Both the position numbers and the translations under genes were made by a program. 64,000 nucleotides of DNA, from assembly GCA_001949185.1 (NCBI GenBank), contig BDGG01000001.1:983153-1047152 (forward strand), in the 5' to 3' direction. Shown piece by piece: positions 63,201 to 64,000 of this stretch; positions within the stretch are counted from its first letter, which is position 1, and every line of letters begins with the position of its first letter. The stretch comes from Ramazzottius varieornatus (Eukaryota; Animalia; Tardigrada). The notes beneath the pieces were generated by a model that saw only the letters and a program-made list of their open reading frames with translations, had not been told where the DNA came from and did no database searches.

Positions 63201-64000
63201 TTCGAAACAGGAAGAAGCTCACAAAAGCACGCAAAGTTTGTGAAGGTGTTCTTGAGCGGTCTCTTCTATACTGTACAATGTAATGAGATATTTACACCGG
63301 ATATCGTAATAATCGACTTCGCTCTTCATCCATCCACCGCTTGTGTGAGAGTCAGTCGGCCGACAACACGCTCCGCTTGCTGCCAATCAAAAGTTTTACC
63401 TGACTGATCCCCCTGCTTTACGTGCCCAGAGAAAACGGATGTCATAAAGCTATTTCACCTGTTCAACCATTTTCCCCTCGATGCTTTCCTCAACTGATCG
63501 ATTACACGCTACAAGGAAATATGGACCAGAAAGTCTCATTCAGCGTTGTTCAACTGTTTATTGAGCGTCGACCATTGCTCGGTGATTGATCAGCAATTCA
63601 TTTTGTTATTGTGCTGTTGTATTCTATTGAGCGGAAAATGAACGTGTTACGAACGAAGTTCACTTACATGGATCTCAACTGGTTATTATTTCTAAGAGCG
63701 ATAATTGTCGGATTAGCCATCGATGGAAGTGCCGGCATCAAATGGCTGTAAGTGAATACTGATATTGTGGTCGCACGAAGAATGATAATAATAAGGCGCT
63801 TTTGTGTAGGCTTTTGTCTTTGATGTATCGGCATGTTGTGGTGATTAACGTGGCTCGTTTGACCGCATAGTTGGATTAGAAGTCCTAAACCAAATATTGA
63901 TTCCTGTGTGATTTCCCTAGGAGCTTATCCAAGTCAAATTTGACCTGGACCAGCACGCAACACTGTCGACTGGCCTTCAAGTATCGGACGTTGGACCGTG

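Noticed and set aside
60480-64000. Coding-like fragments and a repeated GTACAGGTAGATCAAGA 17-mer (~62653, ~62849)
   Set aside because: No consistent frame or family motif; possibly decayed genes, but unsupported.

Overview
Eukaryotic (animal) genomic DNA: gene-dense, with short GT-AG introns and one 50-N assembly gap (44579-44628). The supplied ORF track fragments or misses most genes, so genes were rebuilt by hand across splice sites. Housekeeping genes: DARS1 (5' part), ZNHIT1, RCL1, WDR61/SKIC8, DCAF13, a Na+-coupled SLC4 bicarbonate transporter, NKAP and EBP. The most notable content is (i) a tandem array of four secreted C2-like proteins (22073-30597) with the C-D-x4-C-D-P and D-K-D metal-ligand pattern of the tardigrade anhydrobiosis-related Mn-dependent peroxidase (AMNP) family, which suggests a tardigrade source, and (ii) a secreted protein with catalase-fold motifs but no recognisable proximal R-x3-Y ligand motif (9012-10129). 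Also present: a CUB-LDLa-trypsin protease next to a small secreted Kazal-type gene, a Ly6/quiver-like GPI protein, a 4-TM orphan and several decayed genes. There are many non-autonomous DNA transposons, including nested hAT-type elements with perfect 8-bp TSDs, a decayed IS630/Tc1 element and an intron-restricted hairpin family. Family assignments rest on motif recognition only; no database searches were run.
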